Below, piece after piece: positions 36,988-51,391 of a stretch of 64,000 nt of DNA (the first letter of the stretch is position 1; every line of letters begins with the position of its first letter). A program made the translations under genes and the position numbers. The stretch is taken from assembly GCF_009914755.1 (NCBI RefSeq), contig NC_060928.1; one strand, 5' to 3'. Below the pieces are notes generated by a model. That model made no database searches and was not told the origin of the DNA. It saw only the letters and a list, made by a program, of their open reading frames with translations. Source of the DNA: the human T2T-CHM13v2.0 reference genome, Homo sapiens.

Positions 36988-39900
36988 TAATAACCTAATT
37001 CCAGAAGTTCTTTGTAAGCTTTCATTTCAATTTTCATAAAATCAAATGCTGTCTATGACTGCTTCTGAATAAAGGCAATCTGCTGATGGGATTTAGGCAA
37101 AGCCAAATTTCGTTTCGTTTGTTCGAAAAAAGAACTTTATAAAGAAGGCAAAATATTTCAATGTTACAATTTAACACTAAAGTTCTGCCATGCCAAAAGA
37201 GGAAGAACTACGAGGTTCAGAGATAATGAAACTAGGCAATATAAAAAATTGAGACCCTATGATATTTAAATTCTATTATGAATCAGCAGCAAACTACACC
37301 AAAAAGAAACAAAATCCCCAAAGAATAAGGAACACTGTGATCAGCAAATCGACTCAAATCGTACAAGTCCAGAATTTATGTTAGATTTTTTCAGAAACCT
37401 TCTACTTCTTTTGCTCTCATCAGTGCAAAGTTGCTCCCTCACAGTGCCTCAGCTCTTCTGTGGCAATAAAACGTTGGTATTCTTTTTTTTTTTTTTTTTA
37501 AAGTGGTGCTGTCGCCCAGGCTGGAGTGCAGTGGTGTGATCTCGGCTCACTGCAAACTCCACCTCCCAGGTTCAAGTAAATTCTCGGGCCTCAGCCTCCA
37601 AAGCAGCTGGAATTACAGGCATGTGCCACTACACCCAGCTAAAAATGCTGGTATTCTTATAGGTTGATTTTCTACTCTTAACTGCTGACCCATAAAAATT
37701 TGAGTTGCAAAATATATCTCTGGTCAGTTATTCATTCCAGGGCATATATTCAAATGCCTACTGATATTTCTACTTGGATATCTCTACTTGGATATCTCAT
37801 GTCATGCGTCCAAAACTGAAACTTGTCTCAATCCCTTTTTTCCTGTTTTTTAATAGCAAGCCATAACTGAAAGCCATAAACCAGGATCTCATCATCAACT
37901 TCTTCCTCTCTTATCTCAGAATCAAGATAGTTATCAAGTAAGATCTTTAAAATTTCTTGAATTAGCTTCTCCTTTATGCCCACTGTCACTACCATCTTAG
38001 TTCATGATGTTATCTTCAGCCTAGATTATGGCAATAGCTTACTAATGATTATCCCTCCATCCTAATGATAAAGTGGTCTTTTAAAAATGTTACTCCCCTG
38101 CTTGAAATCTATGATAGTTTTTAAGATAATTCCAACTCCTAAGTACATACGGTGCTTTATGATCTGGGTGCCCATCTAGTTTCATCTTCTGTCTCTTCTA
38201 TAGAACATGTTCTCTACTGCACATAAAATATTATATGGATAACATATCTTTTTCTCTTCCCTACTTGGAATATTCTTCCTTATAATATAGCCCTTCCTTT
38301 GTCTTATCTGCTCCCTACCCTTCTTTTATACCTCTTTAAGCACATAGTTACCATTATCCACCCATATATCTAACATTTACTTATATTTCTCTTTTATTAG
38401 ACTACAAAGCTCCTCAACGAGTAAGGTTAAAGGTGGAAAAAGTCTTCAGGTATCAGTAACCTACGTGGGAAATGACATAATAATACACTTGAAAAAAAAG
38501 TTGAAAAAATAATCCTTATGGACCAAATAAAATAGTACCTATGGACCAATTATTTTAATTCAGATAGTTTTTCTGGTTGACTATGCTCAGGCTGCCAAAG
38601 GTTACATTTTTCAGATACTTTCACATTTTTCACAGGTACTCTCTTCTACATCTCTGTCATAGATTAGGTGGGAGTTAGTGTTGTTCTCTAAATCCACTTT
38701 TTCTGGATTTCCAATAAAAAAAAATTTAAGCAAGTAAATATCAGAGGCAATAGGTAAGGAAGTCAATTTCTTCTAATTACATCAATTCTTGTTGGAAACT
38801 AACCTTAATACAGTACCCCACGCCCCCCTCCCCAAAAAAAACCACGCACACAAAAAACTAGCAATGCTGTCATTTCTTTCGAAGGTTTAGTTTTTAGTCA
38901 ATAGTTGTGCTTCCGAAGTAGCTTACCTTCAGAAAGAATAAGCCAGTACATATGATTATTAAAGCCAAGCAATTTTGCTGCATAACTAATGATCTAAAGG
39001 ATTTCCCAACAACTCACTAAAATCAAAGTTACTCTATTGAAACTCAAAATTAGATGGTATATTCCCTACAGTCAGGAATCTTCAGTTCTGTGGCACTGGC
39101 ACCACTTTAAGGGACCTAAGTAGTAGTCCAAAGCAAAAGTGACGTTGTTAACTGTCCAGTTCTCCCACTAAATCTGTAATTTATGGGTTGCTTTAGGTCA
39201 CAACTGCTTGCTACATAGAGCAACCATACTCACAAAATAAGCTACTATTTATCTTATACAGTGATGCTTTGTCACAAAGAAGTATTGAGAAGCCAAAAGA
39301 ACAAAATGAGTTGTTTCATTGGTGCACTCCACAGTAAGCATATAGTTAACTATTTAAAGCTGGCATCTAAATTATGTGCTTACTTATGTACAAGACAATA
39401 CCCGTACTTTGGGTGGATTTTTATAATCTTTGACTCCTTCTTGAAATTTACCCAACCAACAGTGAGAACTAACCTTTTTAACTGAAAACATATTTCAGTG
39501 AGTACTGCTACCAAAGCAAAACCCAGCAGTTGTGGTTAATCAGGTTAATATTTAAATGGTTCTGAAAATCACATGCTTCTGTTTGTAAAAGCAGAAAACT
39601 GCTAGTCATTATATTAAAAGGTTGCTGAAAAAGTTCAGCAAGGAATAGCCATCACCTGAAATATATATTTAAAAAATGAAAAAAGGTAAATGTTTTCTCA
39701 AAATAACAGCAAATTAAGTAAACTGCTAAAAAATCTGTCAGAATAAGCAACACCATTCTCTAAAAAAATTACTACCATACACTCATCATTCATGTTTCCT
39801 TTTGATTGTCTATAGGTATGTTCCTTGCCTTTTGGGAAAAACTAGTGTGTTGTTCAAAATAACAAAGTCTAAACTGTCAAGCAGAAAAACCAACTAGTTT

Positions 39901-41661
39901 TAAAGAGTTAGTTTATTCTGCACACCATCCAATTAGAAGTTTTAATTACCAACGCTTCTGTGCTTTCTTAGTATTGACAATTTTTATAATGAAACTATCA
40001 ACTACCCTCTGAATCAAAGATGAGCTTTATTTTAAGGCATTTTATAGCATTCTTTGAAAACTGGTAATCCAAAATGGGAAAATTCTAGAGGTTGCAAAAG
40101 CAACTGCTTTACAAAACACTAGGCAGATAATATGGAATTGACCTAGTAGGCACTGTGGTAAACACATATCCCATCTAAAAAAGGGAGGCAGCTGTCATTC
40201 CATCCCAAGCCATTACTGCTTATGGAATGTGGGCCTACTCAGAAGGCTTTTATTTGAAGACTGCCAACTTTCAAAAATATCGTGTGGGCCAAACTGGGTA
40301 ACTCAACATTTAACTGCGTGTATTAAAATTAAACAATATTGCTACCAAATTAGATAAAAGTAAGTACTTTTAATAACTACAAAGCCAGGATTGTGCATTT
40401 CGTTATTACAGGACTATTTTTACTGTTTTAAATGTTACTTTGTTTTAAAATGATCCAGGACGTTTCAAAGTATTAAACTTAATATTTGCACCCCTGCCAT
40501 GTCTTACTTTGATTTAGTTTTTCTACCTTTAGGGCACTAACATTTTAATTACTCTAAATTAATCCTCCCTGCTACAATTTCCCATTAATTTATCCTACTC
40601 AGCACTTCATTCACCAATCACTTATTTTCCATCTTGTCACACTTCAGCACTTGTTTTAGGTATCTGTCTCCTCTAATACAGTGTAAGTTCCCTATAAGAT
40701 CGACAGGGATGTTTATTATGTTCAATTTGTATCCTTATTACCTGGCACACAGTATGTACTCACATTTGAGACAGAAAAATGACTAAAGTTAGAATCAGAA
40801 TTACTAAATAAATACTTGTTGATTCGACTCATCTACTAACTCTAAGAGCATTTTTTCCTTTAGAATTCTAAATATTACTTACTGACCATTATCTCACCTA
40901 GTACATTATTGCTCTTTATGTTGCTTATAAAACCACCAAAAAGGGAAGACAGTTTTCAGGAAGATACACATGTAACTTAGAAAACAAATCCTTAAGCGCC
41001 TTAGCAAGTTAAAAAAAAAAAAAAAAAGTTAAATATTTGTGTAAGATACAGTCTTACCCCAGGATGTTTTAGTGCGCTCTAATTCTCTGAAATTCTTAGA
41101 TGGTATCCATAATTCTGAATATTCAATTATCCAGCATATAGTTGCTTATCTACCCAGGATAGAAAGGAATTTTGCTATATTCAAAATATCACTTTCTGCC
41201 TAAATATATTCAAATTTTGCATAAACTGAAGTTCTATAAAGAATCAAATATCAAAATACAATTAAGCTAGATTATTGGCAGCTGCAGTAACAGAATAAGA
41301 TCTCTGAGTAACACAACGCATGGCAGATCAGAGCCAGTAACTTTGTCTCTATAAATAACAGGAAGTTCCATGACAATGCTTTACACAGTGCTATGTAGAA
41401 AAACTGAACTGAGATACAGAGATGTTTGGTAGGTCATAGAGATGGCTATACTCTAGAACGTGAACACAGGGATAGACACAAAGTACACGTAACAAATGAC
41501 TAACTCATTATGTTTTTTCTTTCAAATGCAGTACAACTATGGAATATCCAAAATAGAATTAACTATATGATAAAATAAACCTACAGACCAAGTTAAAAAT
41601 TACAACCAAATCAATGCTGGATTTTCACTTAAAACTAAATTTAAAAATTCTTAATACTTAC

Positions 41662-41693
41662 AGGTCCCATAATTGTGGCTTGCCAATGAAACA
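41662..41693 (-). CDS. UBE2D3: UBE2D3 coding exon 3 (MFHWQATIMGP), 32 nt
   Basis: tttctag|TGTTTCATTGG...GGACCT|gtaagt; separated from exon 2 by an 88-nt intron. Confidence 0.98.
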
Positions 41694-41781
41694 CTAGAAA
41701 AAGAAAAAAAACTCTGGTTATCTAAAAATGCACAAGCTTAAAAAAAAATTAGGCATAAAAATCAACTTGCAAGTTACTTAC

Positions 41782-41845
41782 TATCATCCCCAACTGGACC
41801 TGCAGAACATTGTGCTGGAGGGTCACGGGCCAAATCACTAAGTTC
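41782..41845 (-). CDS. UBE2D3: UBE2D3 coding exon 2 (ELSDLARDPPAQCSAGPVGDD), 64 nt
   Basis: tgtag|GAACTTAGT...GATGATA|gtaagt; translation matches the UBE2D family. Confidence 0.98.
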
Positions 41846-42418
41846 CTACACCAAGACAGAAAATGGGTGAGTCACATAAGCTTAATTTAAGAAAACAAGC
41901 GAGTCCACTGCTTTCAGTTACTTTCACCCTATTTTTAAAGGCACACTCCATCACAATTCACATAAATAATATATTCCATTAGGAGAGAGAACATGCCTGA
42001 ACATATGCTGAGACAATCATCTTAGCTAGAGTTCGTAAAAATATATATGCAAACACATTGATACAAAATTTTTTATTTACATAAAAGCCAATCTCTTACA
42101 AACCGAAATAACTATAATTAGATATTCTCATAGTTTAAGAGCTTAGACCAGAGAGAGCTCAACATTCACGTTATTTGTTGAACTTCCAAGACCACTTTCA
42201 GAGGCCCTCAACTGTCTTAAATTCTTTGTTCTTCCTGAACCATCCTTCCTCCCCAATCCACTAACTCTATTTTCTACCTGAAAACAAACCAAAAAAACTC
42301 TCATGGGGCTAAGTACCTTTTTTGTTTTCTAATCTCCTTATTCTCTCAACTCAACCTTTTTTTTTTTTTTTTTAAACTCAGCATCCATTTTTAACTATTG
42401 AAATTTTTTTTTTTTTGA

Positions 42419-42544
<126 letters not shown>

Positions 42545-43299
42545 TAGTAGAGACAGGATTTCACTGCGTTAACCAGGATGGGTCTCGATCTCCTGACCTC
42601 GTGATTGAAATTCTGACCCTGAAGAGCGTACTTCTGTAAGTAGAAAGACGTTTGCTCTTAACATATAGTCTGCACAATTCAATATGAACGTTTTATTTCC
42701 AACAAGTATGTAGTTCACTGTTCCATGACTTGTGCATAACAATATGAATTATCTACTATGAAAATATAGTTTATTAGAATATTTTTAAGATGGTACAGCT
42801 CCATCTTACCAATGATATAACCAATGTCTAATAATCACAAGTTAAAAAAAAAAGACAATAAATAGAACCAATGTTAATACATTACTGCCTTCAACATTTT
42901 CAAACTAACAGTTTCTCTTAAGTTTAGTCTATGGCATAAGTCAGTACACCCATTAAGTCTAGGGACTACTATATCTTCTATATCCCCTTTCTCATATAAA
43001 CATGGAAATAACACAGAAGGGTAAGGTTTGGGATTCCATTTGAATTCCATTTGAACAGCAGAAGACCACTAGGTACGTGGCTCATGCCTGTAATCCTAAC
43101 ACCCTGGGAGGCAAAGACAGGGATCGCGTGAGCCCAGGAGTTTGACTGAGACCAGCCTGAACAACAAAGGGAGACCCCCGTCTCTTCGAAAATGTTAGCT
43201 AGGCATGGTGGTGCATGCCTGGGGTCCTAGCTACTCAGAAGACTGAGGTGGGAGGATCACTTGAGCCCAACAAGTCAAGGCTGCAGTGAGCTGTGATCA

Positions 43300-43665
<366 letters not shown>

Positions 43666-46228
43666 TCAAAAACAACAAAAAAAAACCCCCAGAAAAGCTG
43701 AACGTACTCATATACAAAAGACCAAGTACTAGAAAGCAAAAGAAAGGATGCCTAAATAAAAAAGATACAACAGAGAAGCAGAGGCGAGAGGACAGCTTGA
43801 GCGCAGGAGTTCGAGACCAGCTTGGATAACATAGTGAGACCCCATTCTCCATAAAAAGAAAAAAAAATTACGATAAAGCCAGTATCAACTGTCTACCACA
43901 ATATCAATGCATCCGTGTATAACTAAAAACATTAATCTTCTTTTGGTCTACTAGAACAACTTATTCCCTATAACTACAGGAATTTAAAAATGGAAACAGA
44001 TTTTCAAAGTGGGTACATGCACTTTTTTTCCTCAACTGTGATCTTTTGCCTTCCTGTGCAAAATCAAGGACACAAAATGCAGAACTTTCAGTATAAGCTC
44101 TCTCAGAAGGGTGCAGGGAATGGGAAGAAGAGCTACAAATCTTAATTTAACAAGGCATAGTGGCATGTGCCTGTAGTCCCAGCTACTCGGAAGGCTGAGG
44201 CAGGATTAAGCCCAGGTGTTTCAGGTTTTTGTGTGTTAAATGATCATGCTGGTGGAGAGCCACTGCACTCTAGCTTGGACAACAATGTTTAATGCCTATT
44301 TTATACTGGCTTCAGATGATTATTTTCATTCACTACATCAAATTTAAACACAGTGACAAATTTATGTAAGGGTCCCACTATGGCACTGACTTGGTTGGGG
44401 GAAATAAATGAGTCCTCTAAATTTTGTTCATTTTGTTAAATCCACCGGAAATCTTTAAAATAGGCTCTCAACAAACTGAGGGGCCAGAACAAAAAACAAC
44501 CCAGCTTCCAAGTCTTTTAGAAAATTAGAATCATTGAATAGATAGCTTGAAAAATCAGATAATGTTGACATCTTTCCCTGCAAAACTGAGGAACTGAACA
44601 AATCAAACAATGTATGCACCAACAGTACACAAGCCTGTAACTGTGCTTTAAATATTTCAATTTGTGGGAAAGCTCTTTCAATGGAGCTGCTATTTTTATT
44701 GGGTAAGTTTGTATTCTGTAGCAGCATGGAATAAAATTGAAATTTCGAGAAACACTGAAAAAGAAAAGAGACTACATAAAGTGTTTTTGTCTTATTAAAA
44801 AAGAATTGAGACTTTGTCCCATTTAACAGGATTTGCTCTAAGCTTTTAAGACACCTTAGCTCCCAGAGGGCATTTTGCCATTTAAAAAATTATAGTATTA
44901 TAGACTACAGTCAATGGGGGTTATTAATTTAAACCTTATTAACCTCAAAAGTGCTACTTTCAACAAGATTAAGTAAGACTATTAGAGATATTAGCAAAAC
45001 AGCACTGAGAAACAGGGCTAGGAAACTAGAGTACACAAATACGGACTAAGAATAATTGTACTACTTTTAAAAATGTTAAGATGATCAACACAAAGTTTTA
45101 ACTGCTCTAATAGTATCTTTTTTAAAAAATGAAGTTTTGATTAAAGTTGTTTAGTTAAAAGTCCACCAATCCTCTCCCCTTTTAAAAAAGTGATGGGAAT
45201 CTCACTATGTTGCCCAAGCCGGACTACAGTGGCTATTCACAGGCGGAATCACAATCATAAGGCACTATAGCCCAGAACTCCTGGGCTCAAGGGATCCTCT
45301 TGCCTCAGCCTCTTAAGCAGCTGGAGTTGCAGGTACGCATCACTATGTACAGCAATTTGTTGAACAATAAATGTACATTTTTAATTGTAAAATTAAACAA
45401 TGAATTTTGTTGATTGACTCCATGTGGGAAGAAAAGGTGACGCTAAGATTTTTGGCCTGAGCAAAGCATGAGATTGGCATTAAGTAAAATGGTCAACTTA
45501 CAGGTGAAGCTTGTGGGCAGATGTAGAGATAAAGTAAGTAAAATAGGATAATGTAAGTAAAGACTCAATTCGAAAAGTATATATACAAGTTGAGAACAGG
45601 CTGGGAACAAATACAAAGTATCATTAATAAACAAATGATGTTTATAGCCATTCAACTTGGTGAGAGCACTCCTGGAACAGAAGGTCCTAGGAGTTAACAC
45701 TGGACTAATTTAACGCTAAGAAAGGGAACCTTGGCCAGTAACCTGAAAAGTTAAAAAGAAATAAAGAATGTGAAGAAAGGCTTTGTCACAATAAACAACA
45801 CTGCAGGAAAATTAAGAGGCAAATATTTGCCTCTTATATTCAAAATACACTTCAGAAAATGGCCAGTTGTTCGGGAATGGTCAGTCTAGATTAATGCCAT
45901 AAAACAAACAACAAAAATAGAGTAGACAAGGAGAATTGTCCTGATATGCTGTGCCAATTCACTTTGGAAACTCATCACAACTACTTACAAGGTTGCCAGA
46001 GATCCCAAGATTCACAATTTTAAGACTGTATATCACACACCCTTTATATGCTTGTCTGTATAGATATACCCTCATGTCTTCCACATATTCAGAAATGGAA
46101 GAAAATTCATTCCAAATACTATTGATTCTGATCAGTGGGAATTACAGAAATTCATATCGCAGTTCAACAATCTGTAAAAGAAACTACATGGCTTTTGGCC
46201 TTCAAAAAATTGTAACAGAAAATATTAA

Positions 46229-46414
<186 letters not shown>

Positions 46415-47040
46415 TGAGTAGCTGGAATTACAGGCACATGCCACCACACCTGGCTATTCTTTTTTTTTTTTTTTTTGTAGTTTTACTAGAGATGGGGTTT
46501 CACCATGGCCAGGCTGATCTCGAAATCCTGACCTCAAGTGATCCGCCTGCCTCGGCCTCCCAAAGTGCTAGGAATACAGGTGTGAACCACTGCACCAGGC
46601 CTGCAGTCTTACTTTTAATCTTACACAGGCCTACTTTTTCTCATGGTTCTCTTCTCATCTCTGAAATAGGAATCACTACCTGGCACATAATGGACTGGTA
46701 CTTAACAAGCAGACCATGTGTAGACCACCCATCCTGAACCAAGATTCCTGGGCAAGGCTCTTAATTCATCTGTTACTGAACAAAAGCAAAACTGCTCCAC
46801 ACATGGGCCACATAATATAGCCACTTGTTTATTTAAATTTTTGACCTATGTGATAAATCCTGATGCTCAGTTGTCTAAAAATGTCTTTGTAAGCATCTGA
46901 ATATACCTAATACTGAAATAAGAGTTTAAAAAGCTGACAACACAATCCAAGTTTTACATTTATTTACTCATAATTAACTCAATAAACATACTAGATTTTA
47001 CATTTAATATATGTTAAAATGGCTGAACAAAAATATTTAG

Positions 47041-47280
<240 letters not shown>

Positions 47281-50200
47281 TGATCACCTTGGCCTCCCAA
47301 AGTGCTGGGATTACAGGCGTGAGCCACCGTGCCTGGCCAGAATAAATATTAAGATAAAATATTTTAATTTTAAAATAAAAATCAATGTAATCATGGTTGT
47401 TCTAAACACAATACCCAATAATGTTGGAATACTTCATTATAAATAAAACTAAAGGTCAGAAAACTATGAAGTTGACCTAGAATATAAACACCATACTACT
47501 TCAACATTACACATTTCAATTACAAAGAAAGTAAGAAAGTATTTCTTATAGAATAAATGAGTTTTCGGCACACTGATATTTATCCATCACTAAGCCTTTA
47601 AATGCTAGCATTATCATCCTTTTAGAGTGAAGGTATAATTTCAGCTAGTTAACACTGGGTTTCAGCTCTTCACTCCTGTAATTTCAGGTTCTTGTTACTC
47701 TCCTAACATTTCTAAATGCCTTACTTTCGAAGTTCTCCATCACCAAGACATCTCTTTAGTAATAATCAAAGAGATAAAATCAGCCCAATACACTTACCTA
47801 CTTTAAATTCAATATAGAAAAATGACCTACGTATTTTAACAATCAAAACAAAGGTCTTTTTTAAAGATACAAATGCTGTTCTTATTTCACCATTTTCTTT
47901 CTTGCCATTTAAATAGTATCTAATATTACTATTTAAAGTACCACTTAGTACCCAATAGTAACAAAACCATGCACAAGCACTTACCTTTGAGCTACCAAAT
48001 AATTTTTGTAACATTATATGCCCACAGAATGAGCAAGACAGTATCGTAGGAAAAAAAAGTGAGAAAAGAGTAAGTCATAGCAGATGCTCTTTGTAGCTAG
48101 CAGACATTTTGTCTACTCAATAAACCATCTTACTCATGAATTCCTTTTCCCTTACTCCAAATCATGTGACTGTAGTCCTGGGTCAGCCATCATTAACCAA
48201 TTATTTGGACATGACTAACCACAGAATTTTGTTCCCTCAGCTGGGACCCAACTATTAGTCCATTGTCCATCCCAACCTAAGAGTTTCCAAATCAAAGGGA
48301 CATTCTTCCTTCTATAATCAAGAGCTATAAGAATGTGACCCATAGCTGTTGACAGGCACGTGTCATGGACTTACATGGTAAAGTCAAAAGCTAAAGAGAC
48401 CATATTCAACAGCAGCAATAACAAAGAGCTGACTTTCCATACAGATGTGCAATTTTGGTTCCTGAGGTTGTAGCTTGCTCTGGTTCCTACACCTATTCCA
48501 TTCATTGTTAACTATCCCAGTTTCCTTCTAATAAATCCCTTATTTAATCTGGATTATATTAAGGAGTTAAAAAATATATACAGCAGTAGTGAGAGACCAA
48601 ATCTGAATACCAATTATGTAGATTTTATGCCACTTCAAACACAATTTAGTTTTTGAGTTTTGCTGAAAAACATGTAAGAAATCTAAATGAAGCTAAGTCT
48701 TAAAATTGAATTAGGAGTAACAAGGTTAACTTTCACACTGGAGGTTAATTTAAATCCATTTCTAAAATGAAAATGTAATGTTAATTTCACCATCAAAACA
48801 TTCATTCATTCATAGGAACATTGCCTTTTTGGTGCCATGCATGTTAGGTATAAAAACACCAAGATAATTAAGATAGAAATGCCTCCTCAGACTCAGCTAA
48901 CAGAAAGCAGGTGCAAGACAAAACAAAAATTATACTTTAACAACCTACACGCTTAAAATAAAGGGACTCAAATGCTCTGAGAATCCTGAAAAACCAACCA
49001 CTAACTTTTCCTGGGTTTAGAGGAGTGCCATTTGAGCTGGCTCTTGATGGAAAAATAAGCAGGCATTTACCAACAACAAGGAGTAAGAGAAGCATTCTAG
49101 GTAGAGAAACTCAAAGTCAGGAGTGTCAAAGAACACAGGGCATAAAAATTTGCCAGAACAAATACTGCAGAGTTTGGTATACCAGACAGAGTACACTAGG
49201 AGAGTGGCAGATTTAGCTAAAAAGGCAGGTTATGACTTGATCTTTTAAAAGAGCCCTTGAATTTAGTCAGACTATTCCAAAGGCAATGGGAAATCACTGA
49301 TGGTTTCGAAATAGAAGACAAATGAGTTTTGATTTTTAAATATACTAGCAGTCGTACACCACAAGTGTTTAACTGTACTCTTATAACCACTTTACGGAAA
49401 TAGAGCTCATCTTCTCTGTTTTACAGTTGAGTCCCTTAAGAGAGGGGAAAGAAATGATTACATTCAAGCATAGAACATGTTCAGCTTTAGGATAGGTGAA
49501 CTAAGTGTACCTACTAACAACTTAAAAATTTGGACTAGGGGTAAGTTTCAAAAAGGTTCCTTTCTCAACAGGGTGTCCTTGCAAAGATAATTTAATGTTT
49601 GGCAAACTGAGGGAAAAAAATTCTCAACTGCACCAAACTATTACTCAATGCTCCAGAATGAACACGATATGGAAAACTAATGTTTTCCTTAGTATTTATT
49701 TCCGCATAACCATCCACCGTTAGTCTGTATCTCATTATTCGTACGTAGTGTGAATCCAGTACTATTTTTCAAGTTACATGGCCTGAGAAAATGATTCTAT
49801 CCCACAGCAAGACTGTTTACTGGACTGGAAATCAATTTCCAACGACACCCATACTCAGCATTTTTAAAAGTAATTTTGTCTACGATAGTCACCTAACAAA
49901 ATGTTTTTAGAGCCTAAAGTTTCACAGGCTTCAGGGACAAAAACACTAAAAAATTACACAATTGAAATTTTCAGCTTATTCCTTCCTAGCAGTCTAGAGG
50001 AAGAGGAACAGTGCCAAGAACCAGAAGGAACAGCTCTCACACGGCACCTGTAAAATTTTTTTATACTGTGCTGACTACCCCTCACCTAAGGGGAACAGCA
50101 TTACTCAACTATTAAGGCCACTGAAACAGGAAAATGTTTGGTTGGGGACACTGACTTACTTTAGGAATTGCTCAAGGTTCCACTCACGTTGAAGGGACAC

Positions 50201-51169
50201 TAAGATCAAGCACATACAATCAGGGTACAACACTAAGAAACTGTACTAGCTATAAAAAGAACAAAAGGTTGGACATTTCTTTTCCACAGAGTGCTCTTTT
50301 AGGAAACTTTCTCCTTTTAGTGTCATCTTCCTCTGAGCTGCTTCTCCTCAAACTTTCTGCACACTTGGCTAGTGTGAGAATCCAGACCTTCTCACTGGAA
50401 AAAATACTTGTATTTAAAAGCCTTAAAAAACCTATAGGAAAAGAAGTCAAGGAGACCCCTCTGCCTTCTTTCTAAGCTAGGTAAATGAGACCCTCTCAAA
50501 GCTCTCACATGGTCTAGTTCGCCTCATTAGTTAAAACACTACAAAGAAATTTGAGACAGCAACAGACTTTACACAACTGAGTTGTTTGCCTATTTCCTGA
50601 AGACCTGGTGGGCACCATGGTAGAAAATAGGGCAGGATTTTTTTCACCAAAAAAATCTCTCTACAAGGCAACCAACAGGTACAGCTTAAGCCACTGGTGA
50701 GTGTTCTCATCTGGAAGTACATGATTTAAGCAGTAATGGGTTTGGTCACTATTTTTTTTTTTTATTCTGAAACATTCCTTACATGAGATTTTTAATACAA
50801 AGCCTGCAAATGGTTTATCTTGAGGAAGACCTTTACTGTAGTCACTATGGGATATGGGATTTAACAGTTGATTGTTGGAGATGTTAAACTATGCTTTCTG
50901 CTTCTCTATTCTCTATCTTCCTCATTCAATGATAAGTGGTACTAGCAGTGGTGACCAACCACAGGCTACAAAGAACAGTAGGCCAAGGTATTGAAAACAT
51001 TAAAGACCTGAAAGGATGCTAGGAGAAACATAAGAATGTCCCCTCCCTTGCTGGGCGTGGTGGCTCACGCTTGTAATCCTAGCACTTTGGGAAGCCAAGG
51101 CAGGCGGATCACCTGAGGTCAGGAATTCAAGACCAGCCTGGCCAACATCGTGAAATCCCATCTCTACTA

Positions 51170-51391
<222 letters not shown>

